From: Flavobacteriales bacterium
GTDB lineage: Bacteria; Bacteroidota; Bacteroidia; Flavobacteriales_F; PHOS-HE28
NCBI GenBank assembly: GCA_031371785.1
Contig: JANMKC010000018.1
Span: 4,266 to 68,265 of the forward strand
Reading direction: 5' to 3'
Length of the DNA: 64,000 bases
Both the position numbers and the translations under genes were made by a program. The stretch's first letter is position 1; each line of letters starts with the position of its first letter. Below, piece by piece: positions 38,097-48,575 of the stretch. Below the pieces are notes generated by a model that made no database searches, was not told the DNA's origin, and worked only from the letters and a program-made list of their open reading frames with translations.

Positions 38097-39638
38097 TCAC
38101 AACTCCTTCAACAACTTCCGCAGATCCACCTTTTCGCTCACGATACGATCGAGATCGGCAATGGCCACGCGTTCCTGCAACATCGTGTCGCGGTCGCGGA
38201 TGGTCACCGTATCGTTCGTCATTGTGTCGTAGTCCACGGTGATGCAATACGGCGTACCGATCGCGTCCTGGCGACGGTAGCGCTTGCCGATGCTGTCCTT
38301 CTCGTCGTACTGGCAGTTGTGCGAAAGCTTCAGGCTGTCGATGATCGCACGCGCTCTCTCCGGCAGACCGTCCTTCTTCACCAGCGGCATCACCGTGACT
38401 TTCACCGGGGCGAGCGGAGCGGGAATGCGAAGCACCACGCGGTCTTCTCCGTTCTCCAGTTTCTCTTCCGTGAATGCGGAACTCAGCACCGCGAGGAACA
38501 TGCGATCAAGCCCGATCGATGTTTCCACCACATACGGCACGTAGCTCTCGTTCGTCTCCGGATCGAAGTATTGCAGCTTCTTGCCACTGAACTCCTCGTG
38601 CTTTTTCAGATCGAAGTCAGTGCGAGAGTGGATGCCTTCGAGCTCCTTGAAGCCGAAGGAGAACTTGAACTCGATGTCGCACGCGGCGTTGGCGTAGTGC
38701 GCCAATTTGATGTGATCATGGAAGCGGTAGTTCTCGACAGGCATTCCGATCGCGCGGTGCCATGCGATGCGCTTCTCCTTCCACGTGTTGTACCACTCCA
38801 TCTCGGTGCCGGGGCGCACGAAGAACTGCATCTCCATCTGCTCGAACTCGCGCATGCGGAAGATGAATTGCCGCGCTACGATCTCGTTGCGGAAGGCCTT
38901 GCCCGTTTGCGCGATGCCGAAGGGGATCTTCATGCGCGCGCTCTTCTGCACGTTCAGGAAGTTGACAAAGATGCCCTGCGCCGTTTCCGGACGCAGGTAG
39001 ATCGTGCTGCTCTCGCCACTCACTGAACCCAGTTCAGTGGCGAACATCAAATTGAACTGTCGCACTTCCGTCCAGTTGGCCGTGCCGCTCACCGGGCACT
39101 TGATCTCCTCGTCGATGATGATCTGGCGGATCGCTTCCAGATCGTTCGCTTCCAACGCCGTCTTCATGCGGCCTTCTACCGCGTTGATCCGCTCTTGCGC
39201 GCGCAGCACGTTCGGGTTGGTCGCGCGGAACTGTTCTTCGTTGAATCCTTCAGCGAAGCGCTTCTTCCCCTTCTCTACTTCCTTCTCGATCTTGTCCTGG
39301 TACTTCGCCAAGTGCTCTTCGAGAAGCACATCCGCGCGGTAACGCTTCTTGCTGTCCTTGTTGTCGATGAGCGGATCGTTGAAGGCGTCCACGTGGCCGC
39401 TGGCCTTCCACACCGTGGGGTGCATGAAGATGGCCGCATCGAGGCCCACGATGTTCTCGTTGAGCTTGGTCATGGCGGCCCACCAGTATTGGCGGATGTT
39501 GTTCTTCAGCTCCGCGCCATAGGGACCGTAGTCGTAAGTGGCGCTCAGGCCATCGTAGATCTCGCTGCTCTGGAAAACGAATCCGTATTCCTTGGCGTGC
39601 CCGATCAGGGTCTTCAGTCTGTCTTCTCCGGTGCTCAT
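38097..39638 (-). CDS. glyQS: glycine--tRNA ligase (homodimeric type)
   Basis: EIYDGLSATYDYGPYGAELK...; class II synthetase motifs; C-terminal anticodon-binding domain. Confidence 0.9.
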   Translation of the reverse strand: MSTGEDRLKTLIGHAKEYGFVFQSSEIYDGLSATYDYGPYGAELKNNIRQYWWAAMTKLNENIVGLDAAIFMHPTVWKASGHVDAFNDPLIDNKDSKKRYRADVLLEEHLAKYQDKIEKEVEKGKKRFAEGFNEEQFRATNPNVLRAQERINAVEGRMKTALEANDLEAIRQIIIDEEIKCPVSGTANWTEVRQFNLMFATELGSVSGESSTIYLRPETAQGIFVNFLNVQKSARMKIPFGIAQTGKAFRNEIVARQFIFRMREFEQMEMQFFVRPGTEMEWYNTWKEKRIAWHRAIGMPVENYRFHDHIKLAHYANAACDIEFKFSFGFKELEGIHSRTDFDLKKHEEFSGKKLQYFDPETNESYVPYVVETSIGLDRMFLAVLSSAFTEEKLENGEDRVVLRIPAPLAPVKVTVMPLVKKDGLPERARAIIDSLKLSHNCQYDEKDSIGKRYRRQDAIGTPYCITVDYDTMTNDTVTIRDRDTMLQERVAIADLDRIVSEKVDLRKLLKEL

Positions 39639-39737
39639 GCTTCGGTCGCCGTAGCTCTTAGCGAAGGCGATGTGTTGTGCGTGCGCCCTGGAAACCTGCG
39701 GCGACGCGGGGCGCAAAGATGCGTGGTGGGGGATCAC

Positions 39738-39980
39738 CTATTGCGGTCGCCCCAGCATGTAGAGCGTGTCAGGGCTGAGATCCTGCTCGTTCGGCCATGC
39801 CACACCATCGTATCGCACGGCGACCGTCCGGAAGTATTGCTCGTCGCGAAGCTCCTTGAAAATGCCCTTGTCCAGATAGGGCGTCACATCGAAGTAGCGG
39901 GTCTCGTAGTTGTCGAAGACCAACTTCAAGCGGAATCCCGGACAGGGATGTACTTCGGTGACTTTGCGCGTGTCGTTCAT
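39738..39980 (-). CDS. DUF2442 domain protein
   Basis: family-typical ~80-aa protein; translationally coupled (ATGA) to the upstream DUF4160 gene. Confidence 0.7.
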   Translation of the reverse strand: MNDTRKVTEVHPCPGFRLKLVFDNYETRYFDVTPYLDKGIFKELRDEQYFRTVAVRYDGVAWPNEQDLSPDTLYMLGRPQ

Positions 39981-40246
39981 TTCAATGGTTCGATCTTGAA
40001 GAGCGGTTCGCCGTTCGCCGCAAGTTCCCAGTTGGCCATGAGTTCATCGCGGTGGATCTCCATCCATGCGAGAGCAAGCCTCATCTTGTTGGAAGGAAGT
40101 TCGCCATGCAGGATCTCGAGCGAGCTGATCGCGATCACCGCCGTGAATTCGCCATACTTCACATGCACATGCGGAAGATGATGACGGTCCGTGTCGAAGA
40201 AGTACATCATCACGATGACCCCGTAGAACATGGAGATGACAGGCAT
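39977..40246 (-). CDS. DUF4160 domain protein
   Basis: MPVISMFYGVIVMMYFFD...HHLPHVHVKYGEF... is typical of DUF4160. Confidence 0.7.
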   Translation of the reverse strand: MPVISMFYGVIVMMYFFDTDRHHLPHVHVKYGEFTAVIAISSLEILHGELPSNKMRLALAWMEIHRDELMANWELAANGEPLFKIEPLK

Positions 40247-40324
40247 GGGTCGAAATTAGCCAACGGCCAACAAGCCATAGCTCTAGATCACTCGACGCGC
40301 TAAGATGCCACCTACTTTTGCGGC

Positions 40325-40627
40325 ATGCCTGTCAAGCCACAGCCCGTCCTTGCCCGCCGCATCTTCTGGGATGTAGACTTCGACAAGTTGGACTACGACG
40401 CCAAGGCGAGCTTCGTTATCGAGCGCGTGTTCGAGCGTGGGGATGTGGAGGACATCCGGAACTGCCGCAGGTACTATGGCGATGAGCGCGTGAAGCGAGT
40501 TCTGCTCGAAGCCAAGTTCCTGCCCCTTCACAGAACCTATCTGGCCAGCGCAGTGATCGGGGAACCGCTCGATGCCTTCCGATGTTATCGCCTCCGCATG
40601 ACTTCAGGAGTGTACCTGCCATATTGA
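40325..40627 (+). CDS. hypothetical small protein
   Basis: 100-aa ORF with high GC3; ...FWDVDFDKLDYDAKASFVIERVFERGDVEDIRNCRRYYG... Confidence 0.45.
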   Translation: MPVKPQPVLARRIFWDVDFDKLDYDAKASFVIERVFERGDVEDIRNCRRYYGDERVKRVLLEAKFLPLHRTYLASAVIGEPLDAFRCYRLRMTSGVYLPY

Positions 40628-40636
40628 GGTCGGCCG

Positions 40637-40924
40637 ATGAGCACTGAGGAAGAACTCGCGGTTCAAGCGATCGATGGTATTGTGCGTCAAGCGTCGAAAC
40701 AGCACTATGTCACGTTGCATGAGTTGCTGGAACGACATTCTGTCCAATGGCTCGTTGACACCTATCGGAACCGCTATCCCAATGTCATGGCGATCAGCAT
40801 TCCTTCGCTGTTATCGACCTATCCAGAGATCCGGCCTGAGCAAGACCCGATCGATATGCGCGGTAATTCGTGGGAGCGGATCGAACGATCGCTCCAGCGG
40901 ACGATCAGCGATTATCTCCGTTGA
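40637..40924 (+). CDS. hypothetical small protein
   Basis: 95-aa ORF 10 nt downstream of the previous gene. Confidence 0.4.
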   Translation: MSTEEELAVQAIDGIVRQASKQHYVTLHELLERHSVQWLVDTYRNRYPNVMAISIPSLLSTYPEIRPEQDPIDMRGNSWERIERSLQRTISDYLR

Positions 40925-41010
40925 TCGGGCCATGCACGATATTCTCAAGCTGCGACCACTCATCCTCCAAGAACACTGCACGGCTTTGCGTCCTTCGCGC
41001 CCTTTGCGGT

Positions 41011-41658
41011 ATGATCCACCGCATCCCTGATAGCTTCCCCCCGAAGATGATCGAACACCGCGGCACCCTCATCAGCGAAGAGCTATTCGAGAAGCGTTTC
41101 GTGTGCGATCTGAGCGCATGCAAGGGCGCCTGTTGCGAAGCGGGCGACAGTGGCGCACCGATCACCGTGGACGAAGCGGCGGCGATCAAGAAGCACTACG
41201 AAGCGATCAGGCCGTACATGACCTCGCGCGGGAAAAAAGCCGTGGAGCAACAAGGCGTGAGCGTGGTGGATTCGGACGGAGAACTCGTGACCCCGCTCAT
41301 CGATGAGTTCCAGGAGTGCGCCTTCGCGAAGAAGGATGTGGCGGGTATATGGAAGTGCGGCATCGAGAACGCGTGGCGCGATGGGAAGATCCCCGTGCGC
41401 AAGCCGCTGAGCTGCCACCTCTATCCGATACGCGTGGAGAAGCTGAAGTTCCACGACGGCCTCAACTATAGCCAGTGGGAGATCTGCAAGCCCGCCTGCT
41501 CGTGCGGTGCGAAGCTGGACGTGCCCGTGTTCCGCTTTTTGAAGGAGTCGCTCACCCGCGCTTATGGTGCGGACTGGTACGAAGAGTTGGAGGTGATCTA
41601 CGCGGAGTGGTCGAAGACCATGCCTGCGGGAAATCCCTCATCGAAGAGGAAGCGCTGA
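41011..41658 (+). CDS. DUF3109 family protein
   Basis: Cys-rich C..CKGACCE...C.....C...C.C; family-typical ~215 aa. Confidence 0.65.
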   Translation: MIHRIPDSFPPKMIEHRGTLISEELFEKRFVCDLSACKGACCEAGDSGAPITVDEAAAIKKHYEAIRPYMTSRGKKAVEQQGVSVVDSDGELVTPLIDEFQECAFAKKDVAGIWKCGIENAWRDGKIPVRKPLSCHLYPIRVEKLKFHDGLNYSQWEICKPACSCGAKLDVPVFRFLKESLTRAYGADWYEELEVIYAEWSKTMPAGNPSSKRKR

Positions 41659-42124
41659 TCGTAAGCGCCCCCGTCGCGACTTTCCGATCATCGCGCTCCG
41701 ATCATCCGTGCGACAGCAAGCCATTGCGGAGCAGCGACGGGATCATCGTCACGCTATCACGCGGATGAGCATTGACAACAACGCCACATCGCTTCACGAG
41801 CGGGCCTTCCGATCCGCGTCGAACACACATTTCCCCGCGCAGCGCAACGTTGCGGCGTTGTTAGGTGATCGTGAAGAAAAAACACTTGCGAGTGTCGGGA
41901 TCCGATCAACGTCACGATCCACGCGGTGAACCGGGGCGTGTTGAAAAGATCGGAAAGTTGAGCATCCTTTTCTCTTGTCGATGGGCCGTTCGTCGTCCAC
42001 ATTTGTAACCCGACGACGACACCGCTATTGTCCTCGTTCGGAACCAACACAACGCCGGAATTTTTCGAAAAAGGGGGCCGCCCCCCTTAGAGACTTCGTC
42101 ACCCCTAACGAGACCAGATAGCCG

Positions 42125-43162
42125 ATGCAAGCCACCAGAACCGATGTCCAGATGAGCCTGGAAGATGTGCTTCCCGCCAACACGGAAGACAGCAACGAGC
42201 CGCTCCTGCGCGAGAACAAGGACCGCTTCGTCATCTTCCCGATACAGCACAACGACATCTGGTCTTTCTATAAAAAGCACGAGGCCAGCTTCTGGACCGC
42301 AGAGGAGATCGACCTGCACGCCGACCTGGTGGATTGGAACAGCAAGCTGAACGATGACGAACGCTACTTCATCAAGCACGTGCTCGCCTTTTTCGCTGCA
42401 AGCGACGGCATCGTGAACGAGAACCTCGCGGAGAACTTCCTGCATGAGGTGCAGTACACGGAGGCCCGCTTCTTCTATGGTTTCCAGATCGCCGTGGAGA
42501 ACATCCACAGCGAGACATACAGTCTCTTGATCGATACCTACATCAAGGACACCTTCGAGAAGGACAAGCTCTTCCACGCCGTCGACACGATGGACTGCGT
42601 GAAGAAGAAAGCGGACTGGGCATTGAATTGGATCAGCAAAGGGAATTTCGCGGAGCGGCTGGTCGCCTTCGCCGCGGTGGAAGGCATCTTCTTCAGCGGC
42701 AGCTTCTGCAGCATCTTCTGGTTGAAGAAACGCGGCCTGATGCCGGGCCTCAGTTTCAGCAACGAGCTCATCAGCCGCGACGAAGGATTGCACTGCGACT
42801 TCGCCTGCCTGCTCTATACCAAGCACCTCATCAATAAGCTGCCGCGCAAGACCGTCGAGAAGATCATCACCGACGCCGTGGAGATCGAGAAGGAGTTCGT
42901 GACAGACGCCTTGCCGGTGAACCTGATCGGCATGAACGCCAAGTTGATGCAGCAATACATCGAGTTCGTGGCCGACCGCCTGCTGGTGGAGCTGGGCAAT
43001 GAGAAGGTGTACAACGCCACCAACCCGTTCGACTTCATGGACATGATCAGCCTCCAGGGCAAGACCAACTTCTTCGAGAAGCGCGTGGGCGAATACCAGA
43101 AGGCGGGCGTGATGAACACCAACAAGGAAGGCAACAAGTTCGCGCTGGATGCGGACTTCTGA
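42125..43162 (+). CDS. nrdB: ribonucleoside-diphosphate reductase subunit beta (class Ia, eukaryote-like R2)
   Basis: diiron ligand motifs (...EAVHSETYS-like, [10 protein letters not shown]), radical Tyr context, C-terminal ...FALDADF. Confidence 0.95.
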   Translation: MQATRTDVQMSLEDVLPANTEDSNEPLLRENKDRFVIFPIQHNDIWSFYKKHEASFWTAEEIDLHADLVDWNSKLNDDERYFIKHVLAFFAASDGIVNENLAENFLHEVQYTEARFFYGFQIAVENIHSETYSLLIDTYIKDTFEKDKLFHAVDTMDCVKKKADWALNWISKGNFAERLVAFAAVEGIFFSGSFCSIFWLKKRGLMPGLSFSNELISRDEGLHCDFACLLYTKHLINKLPRKTVEKIITDAVEIEKEFVTDALPVNLIGMNAKLMQQYIEFVADRLLVELGNEKVYNATNPFDFMDMISLQGKTNFFEKRVGEYQKAGVMNTNKEGNKFALDADF

Positions 43163-43470
43163 ACCCCCTCTAACTCCCCCGGTGGGGGAGGACCTGAAAA
43201 CCGATCAAGACAACTCCGAGAGAAAGTAGACACGGTTCCAACATGGTCGGCCCCTTCCCCACCGGGGAAGGTTTGGGATGGGGTCGCATTGAACACTTGC
43301 CCGTTGATGATCTGCTGAAGACGACCGACGAAAACGAAGAGACCGAAGACCACCTTTCCGATCCCGCTCGCAACCACTTTGTCAGTTCGAGCGAAGTCGA
43401 GAACCCACATAAACCACTACCCCGAAGGCGAAGCGGGAGCCGAGCCGAAGGACCAAAACCAACACGAAGC

Positions 43471-46035
43471 ATGTATGTAGTCAAACGCGACGGACGCCGG
43501 GAGGCGGTGAAATTCGACAAGATCACTGCCCGTGTGAAGAAGCTCTGCTATGGGCTCGATCCCATGGTGGATGCCACACAGGTCACACTGAAAGTGATCG
43601 ACGGCATCTTCGACGGTGTCACCACCACGGAGCTCGATAACCTCACGGCGGAAGTCGCGGCCACCATGACGGTGAAGCACCCGGACTACGCACAGCTCGC
43701 CAGCCGCATCGCGGTGAGCAACCTGCACAAGAACACCAAGAAGTCCTTCAGCGAGGTGATGAAGGACCTCTACGAATACCTCGACCCGAAGACCGGTGCG
43801 CGCGCCAGCCTTCTCGCTGATGATGTCTATACCATCATCAAGGAGAACGCGGATCATCTGGACAGCTCCATCATCTACGACCGCGACTTCACCTACGACT
43901 ACTTCGGTTTCAAGACGCTCGAGCGCAGTTATCTCTTGCGTCTGCACGGCAAAGTGGCCGAGCGTCCGCAGCACATGCTGATGCGCGTGGCCATCGGCAT
44001 CCACAAGAACGATCTCGACAGCGCGATCGAGACCTACAACCAATTGAGCGAAGGCTGGTACACGCACGCCACGCCCACGCTCTTCAACGCGGGTTCGCCG
44101 AAGCCGCAGATGAGCAGCTGCTTCCTCTTGCAGTTGAAGGACGACAGCATCAGCGGCATCTACGACACGCTGAAGCAATGCACGCAGATCAGCCAGAGCG
44201 CCGGCGGCATCGGCCTCAGCATCCACAACCTTAGGGCGAAGGGCAGCTACATCAAAGGCACCAACGGTACCAGCAACGGCATCGTACCGATGTTGCGCGT
44301 GTTCAACGACACCGCGCGTTACGTCGATCAAGGCGGTGGAAAGCGCAAGGGCTCGTTCGCCATCTACATGGAGCCGTGGCATGCGGACATCGAAGATTTC
44401 CTGGAGCTGAAGAAGAACCACGGCAAGGAGGAAATGCGCGCGCGCGACCTCTTCTATGCGCTGTGGATCCCGGACCTCTTCATGAAGCGCGTGGAGCAGA
44501 ACGCCGACTGGACACTGATGTGCCCGAACGAGTGCCCCGGCCTCGCGGACACCTGGGGAGAGAAGTTCGAAGAGCTGTACGAGAAGTACGAGCAGGAAGG
44601 ACGCGGTCGCAAGACGATGAAGGCGCAGGACCTCTGGTTCCACGTGCTGGAAAGCCAGATCGAAACGGGCACGCCCTATATCCTCTTCAAGGACGCTGCC
44701 AACCGCAAGAGCAACCAGCAGAACCTCGGCACCATCAAGAGCAGCAACCTCTGCACGGAGATCATCGAGTACACCAGCGCGGATGAAGTGGCGGTGTGCA
44801 ACCTCGGTTCCATCGCCTTGCCGAAGTTAGTGGAGCGTGGATCCTTCAATCACAACAAGCTCTTCGAAGTGACGCTGCAGTTGACGAAGAACCTCAACCG
44901 CGTCATCGACGAGAATTTCTATCCGATACCCGAAGCGCGCCGCAGCAACATGCGCCACCGCCCCATCGGCATCGGCGTGCAGGGCCTGGCGGATGCTTTC
45001 ATCCTGATGCGCTACGCCTTCGACAGCGTGGAAGCGAAGGTGCTGAACCGCGAGATCTTCGAAACCATCTACTACGCCGCGCTCACCGCGAGCAAGGATC
45101 TCGCGAAAGAACACGGCGCGTACGAGACCTATGAGGGGAGCCCGATGAGCAAGGGCGTGCTGCAGTTCGACATGTGGGAAGGCGTGAAGCCATCCGATCG
45201 CTGGGAGTGGGACATCCTGCGCGAGGAGATCAAGAAGTACGGCATACGCAACAGTCTGCTGCTCGCCCCGATGCCCACGGCGAGCACCGCGCAGATACTC
45301 GGCAACAACGAGTGCTTCGAGCCTTACACCAGCAACCTCTACACGCGGCGCGTGCTGAGCGGCGAGTTCATCGTGGTGAACAAGTACCTGCTGCGCGACC
45401 TGGTGAAGCTCGGCCTGTGGAGCGAGGAGATCAAGAACAAGATCATCGCCGCGAACGGCAGCGTCGCACATATCCCGGAGATCCCGCAGAACCTGAAGGA
45501 CCTCTACAAGACCGCCTGGGAGATCAGCCAGAAGACCATCATCGACATGGCGGCGGACCGCGGCGCGTACATCTGCCAGAGCCAGAGCCTGAACATCTTC
45601 ATGGAGAACGTGAACTTCGCCAAACTCACCAGCATGCACTTCTACAGCTGGAAGGCCGGCCTGAAGACGGGCATGTACTACCTGCGCACCAAGGCCGCCA
45701 CCGACGCCATCAAGTTCACGCTGGACAAGGCAACCATACAGAAATCAGCCGCTGCGGAAGTGGCCTCGAAGGCCCACGCGAACGGTGTTGCTGTGGGTAC
45801 AACCGTGATGCTCGACCCCGTGATGAGTGGACCCGTGATCGCTTCACGCAATGGCCTGTACGCAACTGCGGAGCAGCACGAAACCGAAACCCTGGTGGAA
45901 GAAGCGGGCGAACGCAACGGACCTGTGGAGAACGGCATGGCTGCGCACCGTGTGGCTGCTATGAGCGCAGATGCGCAAGCGCAAATTGCTTGCTCGCTGG
46001 ATGATCCCGATAGTTGTGAGATGTGTAGCGGGTAG
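43471..46035 (+). CDS. nrdA: ribonucleoside-diphosphate reductase subunit alpha (class Ia)
   Basis: ATP-cone N-terminus [18 protein letters not shown]; active-site ...SNLCTEI...; C-terminal cysteine tail ...CEMCSG. Confidence 0.95.
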   Translation: MYVVKRDGRREAVKFDKITARVKKLCYGLDPMVDATQVTLKVIDGIFDGVTTTELDNLTAEVAATMTVKHPDYAQLASRIAVSNLHKNTKKSFSEVMKDLYEYLDPKTGARASLLADDVYTIIKENADHLDSSIIYDRDFTYDYFGFKTLERSYLLRLHGKVAERPQHMLMRVAIGIHKNDLDSAIETYNQLSEGWYTHATPTLFNAGSPKPQMSSCFLLQLKDDSISGIYDTLKQCTQISQSAGGIGLSIHNLRAKGSYIKGTNGTSNGIVPMLRVFNDTARYVDQGGGKRKGSFAIYMEPWHADIEDFLELKKNHGKEEMRARDLFYALWIPDLFMKRVEQNADWTLMCPNECPGLADTWGEKFEELYEKYEQEGRGRKTMKAQDLWFHVLESQIETGTPYILFKDAANRKSNQQNLGTIKSSNLCTEIIEYTSADEVAVCNLGSIALPKLVERGSFNHNKLFEVTLQLTKNLNRVIDENFYPIPEARRSNMRHRPIGIGVQGLADAFILMRYAFDSVEAKVLNREIFETIYYAALTASKDLAKEHGAYETYEGSPMSKGVLQFDMWEGVKPSDRWEWDILREEIKKYGIRNSLLLAPMPTASTAQILGNNECFEPYTSNLYTRRVLSGEFIVVNKYLLRDLVKLGLWSEEIKNKIIAANGSVAHIPEIPQNLKDLYKTAWEISQKTIIDMAADRGAYICQSQSLNIFMENVNFAKLTSMHFYSWKAGLKTGMYYLRTKAATDAIKFTLDKATIQKSAAAEVASKAHANGVAVGTTVMLDPVMSGPVIASRNGLYATAEQHETETLVEEAGERNGPVENGMAAHRVAAMSADAQAQIACSLDDPDSCEMCSG

Positions 46036-46080
46036 AGGAATCGATTGAGGGCATTGTGAAAAAATGAGCCAACAGCTATC

Positions 46081-46515
46081 ATGCTTGGCGGAGTATTTGA
46101 CAGTTGGAAATTGAAGGTCTACTATACGCAGGCGTTGAGCGAGTATTCCGTTCTTCGACGAAGAGGATTTTCAGACTTGGATGCAAAGATTCACCTACTG
46201 AAGCTGGATCTTGAATTGAACAGCAGCATCGGAATTAGCTCGGCCATCAAGCAACGAGTTGAGGAACTAGATGTGCTGGGCGAAATCCAATTCATGGTCT
46301 GGTTCAATGCCTCACTGAAAACGAAGTGCCCTCGCATACCCATAGTCAAAAACATTAATGAGTTCGTTCGTGAAAGAAGTGTGTTGAGCGACATTGCGTT
46401 TCACTCTGGTGATTGGTGGGTGATCAAAGCGGACCTCAAGGATGACAGCCTTCCATCAGAAAGGGAATTCAATGATCTCGGCAAGGAACTAGCTGAACGA
46501 TTCCTCCTTGCGTAG
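46081..46515 (+). CDS. hypothetical protein A (low-GC island gene)
   Basis: 144-aa ORF at ~42% GC; its stop TAG is immediately followed by the ATG of the next gene. Confidence 0.5.
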   Translation: MLGGVFDSWKLKVYYTQALSEYSVLRRRGFSDLDAKIHLLKLDLELNSSIGISSAIKQRVEELDVLGEIQFMVWFNASLKTKCPRIPIVKNINEFVRERSVLSDIAFHSGDWWVIKADLKDDSLPSEREFNDLGKELAERFLLA

Positions 46516-47046
46516 ATGAATACCGCACCGCTCTCCTATGTATCGAAATTCGACTACTATGCTGTTCGTGACTCCCTTGGCCAAGAGGCGAGTCGGTCCG
46601 GTTTGAACACGGACATCATCAAGTCGATCCACGAAGTGTTCAAAGAGATTGAAGATGTTCACTATCTCAATGCGGTCCGTACCGACGCGACCCGATTGCG
46701 CGCAAGTCTGTTCCATTTGAAAGGTATGCGCTTGCTGCTGGATTTGAAAGCCATGGACTGCCCTGAGCAAATTTTGTCTCGGACTTCCGATCTCTTCATT
46801 GACCACTTTCTCAAGCTCACGGTTGCGTCTGTGAACACGGCGACGACAGCCAACCAACAGCTAAAGAACTTCACTGCCCTGGTGTCTATTCAGGCTGGGA
46901 TGAACGGAATAGAAGAATTGCTTCAATTGCGCCCGTCTGTTGAAGCAGCTTTGGCCATGGCGGCGATCGATCAAGACCTAAGGAAGCTTTTCATCGTTGT
47001 TCACCCGGTTGCACAACAGGAGATAGCGAATAGAGGTAAGCAATAA
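46516..47046 (+). CDS. hypothetical protein B (low-GC island gene); alpha-helical with an Rx4H HEPN-like motif
   Basis: 176 aa; RASLFH (Rx4H) is embedded in a helical context. Confidence 0.5.
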   Translation: MNTAPLSYVSKFDYYAVRDSLGQEASRSGLNTDIIKSIHEVFKEIEDVHYLNAVRTDATRLRASLFHLKGMRLLLDLKAMDCPEQILSRTSDLFIDHFLKLTVASVNTATTANQQLKNFTALVSIQAGMNGIEELLQLRPSVEAALAMAAIDQDLRKLFIVVHPVAQQEIANRGKQ

Positions 47047-47110
47047 CAGCATCCATCATAGACAAGCATGCACGCTCGTGTGCTTGCTGAACGACGCAAT
47101 GAGAGGGGGC

Positions 47111-47803
47111 CTATGTCGTGAAGGAGAGGTTTGTCTTGTCCTCCACAATTAACCTGTAGCCGGGAGTTCTCCCTCGTCGCTCAATCTCAAGCTTCCCGGT
47201 CGCTTTGACTGTTCCGCTATACTGGCCAGACACGAACTTTTTGACGAAGGCCAGCGTCATGCCGGACATGTCCAGTACTTCAACTGGAACGCTACAGCCC
47301 AAGAAGGTGAAGCCATTGGAAAGCTCCATGATCGCCCCCTGCTCCTTGATCTGGCCGGTAAGTGTCACGACTTGATTCTCGTAGCGCCCGGACTGAACAT
47401 CCGCACTTGTCAATGCAGAAGCATTGATCTCAATTGGCTTAGGCTTTGATTCACCTCCCCACATGCTCATGGGCCTTTTGCCAGCCGCCTGTCTCAATTG
47501 ATCTCGAACCTTATCAACACGATAAGAAAGAATCAGGCTTCGGTACTGAATGGCGACCAAGATATGCTGGCATGCCTGGATGTCGCCGCTCTTCTCCAAA
47601 TCCACCAAAAGAACCGCCAGTTCCTGAACCCGATGCGCATCGATCAACTTGCGCATTTCGTTCGAGAGCATCTGATAGCTCGCCTTGTTCTCGCGCTGTC
47701 GGAATGAATTGAAGCGCCAGAGCACAATGACGACTATGATCAGGACTATCCAGAGCATGCGAGTCGGAAGTGGTTGGAACAAGTGTAGCGAACTTTCCTC
47801 CAT
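47111..47803 (-). CDS. membrane-anchored protein with a C-terminal OB-fold (tRNA_anti-like) domain
   Basis: N-terminal TM helix MLWIVLIIVVIVLW; C-terminus ...YENQVVTLTGQI...GQYSGTVKATGKL... is OB-fold-like. Confidence 0.55.
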   Translation of the reverse strand: MEESSLHLFQPLPTRMLWIVLIIVVIVLWRFNSFRQRENKASYQMLSNEMRKLIDAHRVQELAVLLVDLEKSGDIQACQHILVAIQYRSLILSYRVDKVRDQLRQAAGKRPMSMWGGESKPKPIEINASALTSADVQSGRYENQVVTLTGQIKEQGAIMELSNGFTFLGCSVPVEVLDMSGMTLAFVKKFVSGQYSGTVKATGKLEIERRGRTPGYRLIVEDKTNLSFTT

Positions 47804-48139
47804 GCCATGGCTCTCCCAGCGGACACCTGTTCTATGCCGCGACTCGATCAACGACAGTGAATACGGGCAAAAACGAAGAGCATGAAATCCTAACTTCGAA
47901 GCAAACTTGCGGAAGCATGCGTAGCCGGAGTGTTGAACGCGAAGTTTGCGAAGACAAGCTGTGGGAAGTTCAGAAGGCATTGATCAGGGTCAACGGCATT
48001 CTTGACCAACCAAGCTTGGAAAACAGAGCGGTGTACATGAGCCAAAAGAAGGGCTTGGAAGAACAACGCGAAACATTGTCTGTGGAGATCGATCGACTCA
48101 CCGTCGGCATGTGACAATCTCGAAGTACCCGACCATAGC

Positions 48140-48421
48140 ATGGGGCGCGCACACAAGCTTTCCTGTCCGTCCTGCGGCTATGGTGAACGCTTCATCAGTG
48201 ATGGCCGTACGCGAGGAATGATTGCCGAACTACAGTCCATCCACTGCTTGGACTGCGCACGACTGTACAATGCGAATGTTGGCTCTTTCGAACCTCGGAA
48301 GACGTACCCCATCACGTGTCCAAAGAGCATTGTCCACATAGTTGTTGAGTGGCAACATCCGGGTCCTTGCCCCAAGTGCGGCACCACGCTTACTGACAGC
48401 GGAGTCATTTTGTGGGACTAG
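48140..48421 (+). CDS. small zinc-ribbon protein
   Basis: CPSCG ... CLDC ... CPKCG cysteine pairs. Confidence 0.5.
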   Translation: MGRAHKLSCPSCGYGERFISDGRTRGMIAELQSIHCLDCARLYNANVGSFEPRKTYPITCPKSIVHIVVEWQHPGPCPKCGTTLTDSGVILWD

Positions 48422-48484
48422 ACCCCATCTGCGCGAGTCTGCCAGACTTGTCCAGTTGGCCCCCAATCTCGCGCGAGTGTTAGG

Positions 48485-48549
48485 CCTCTGGCGGTGAACA
48501 AGTCTCGCGAACAGATGGCCAGAGGCAAAGAACGACCTTGCCGATCGGC
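48485..48549. repeat. 65-nt direct repeat H, copy 1, with an internal 9-bp-stem hairpin
   Basis: 63 of 65 nt identical to 49863-49927; stem gcctctggc (48484-48492) / gccagaggc (48518-48526), loop 25 nt. Confidence 0.85.
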
Positions 48550-48575
48550 TTGAGCAAGGCGAGCGACGGGATGGA

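Noticed and set aside
41912-42955. 347-aa minus-strand ORF over nrdB
   Set aside because: Antisense shadow of nrdB
43417-45639. 408-aa and 270-aa minus-strand ORFs over nrdA
   Set aside because: Antisense shadows of nrdA
48479-48485. GTTAGGC heptamer (integron attC R' core consensus) next to repeat H1
   Set aside because: A 7-mer in a GC-rich genome is expected by chance. The second H copy lacks it and no inverse core (GCCTAAC) partner or integrase is visible. It is kept only as a note within the TA-array finding.
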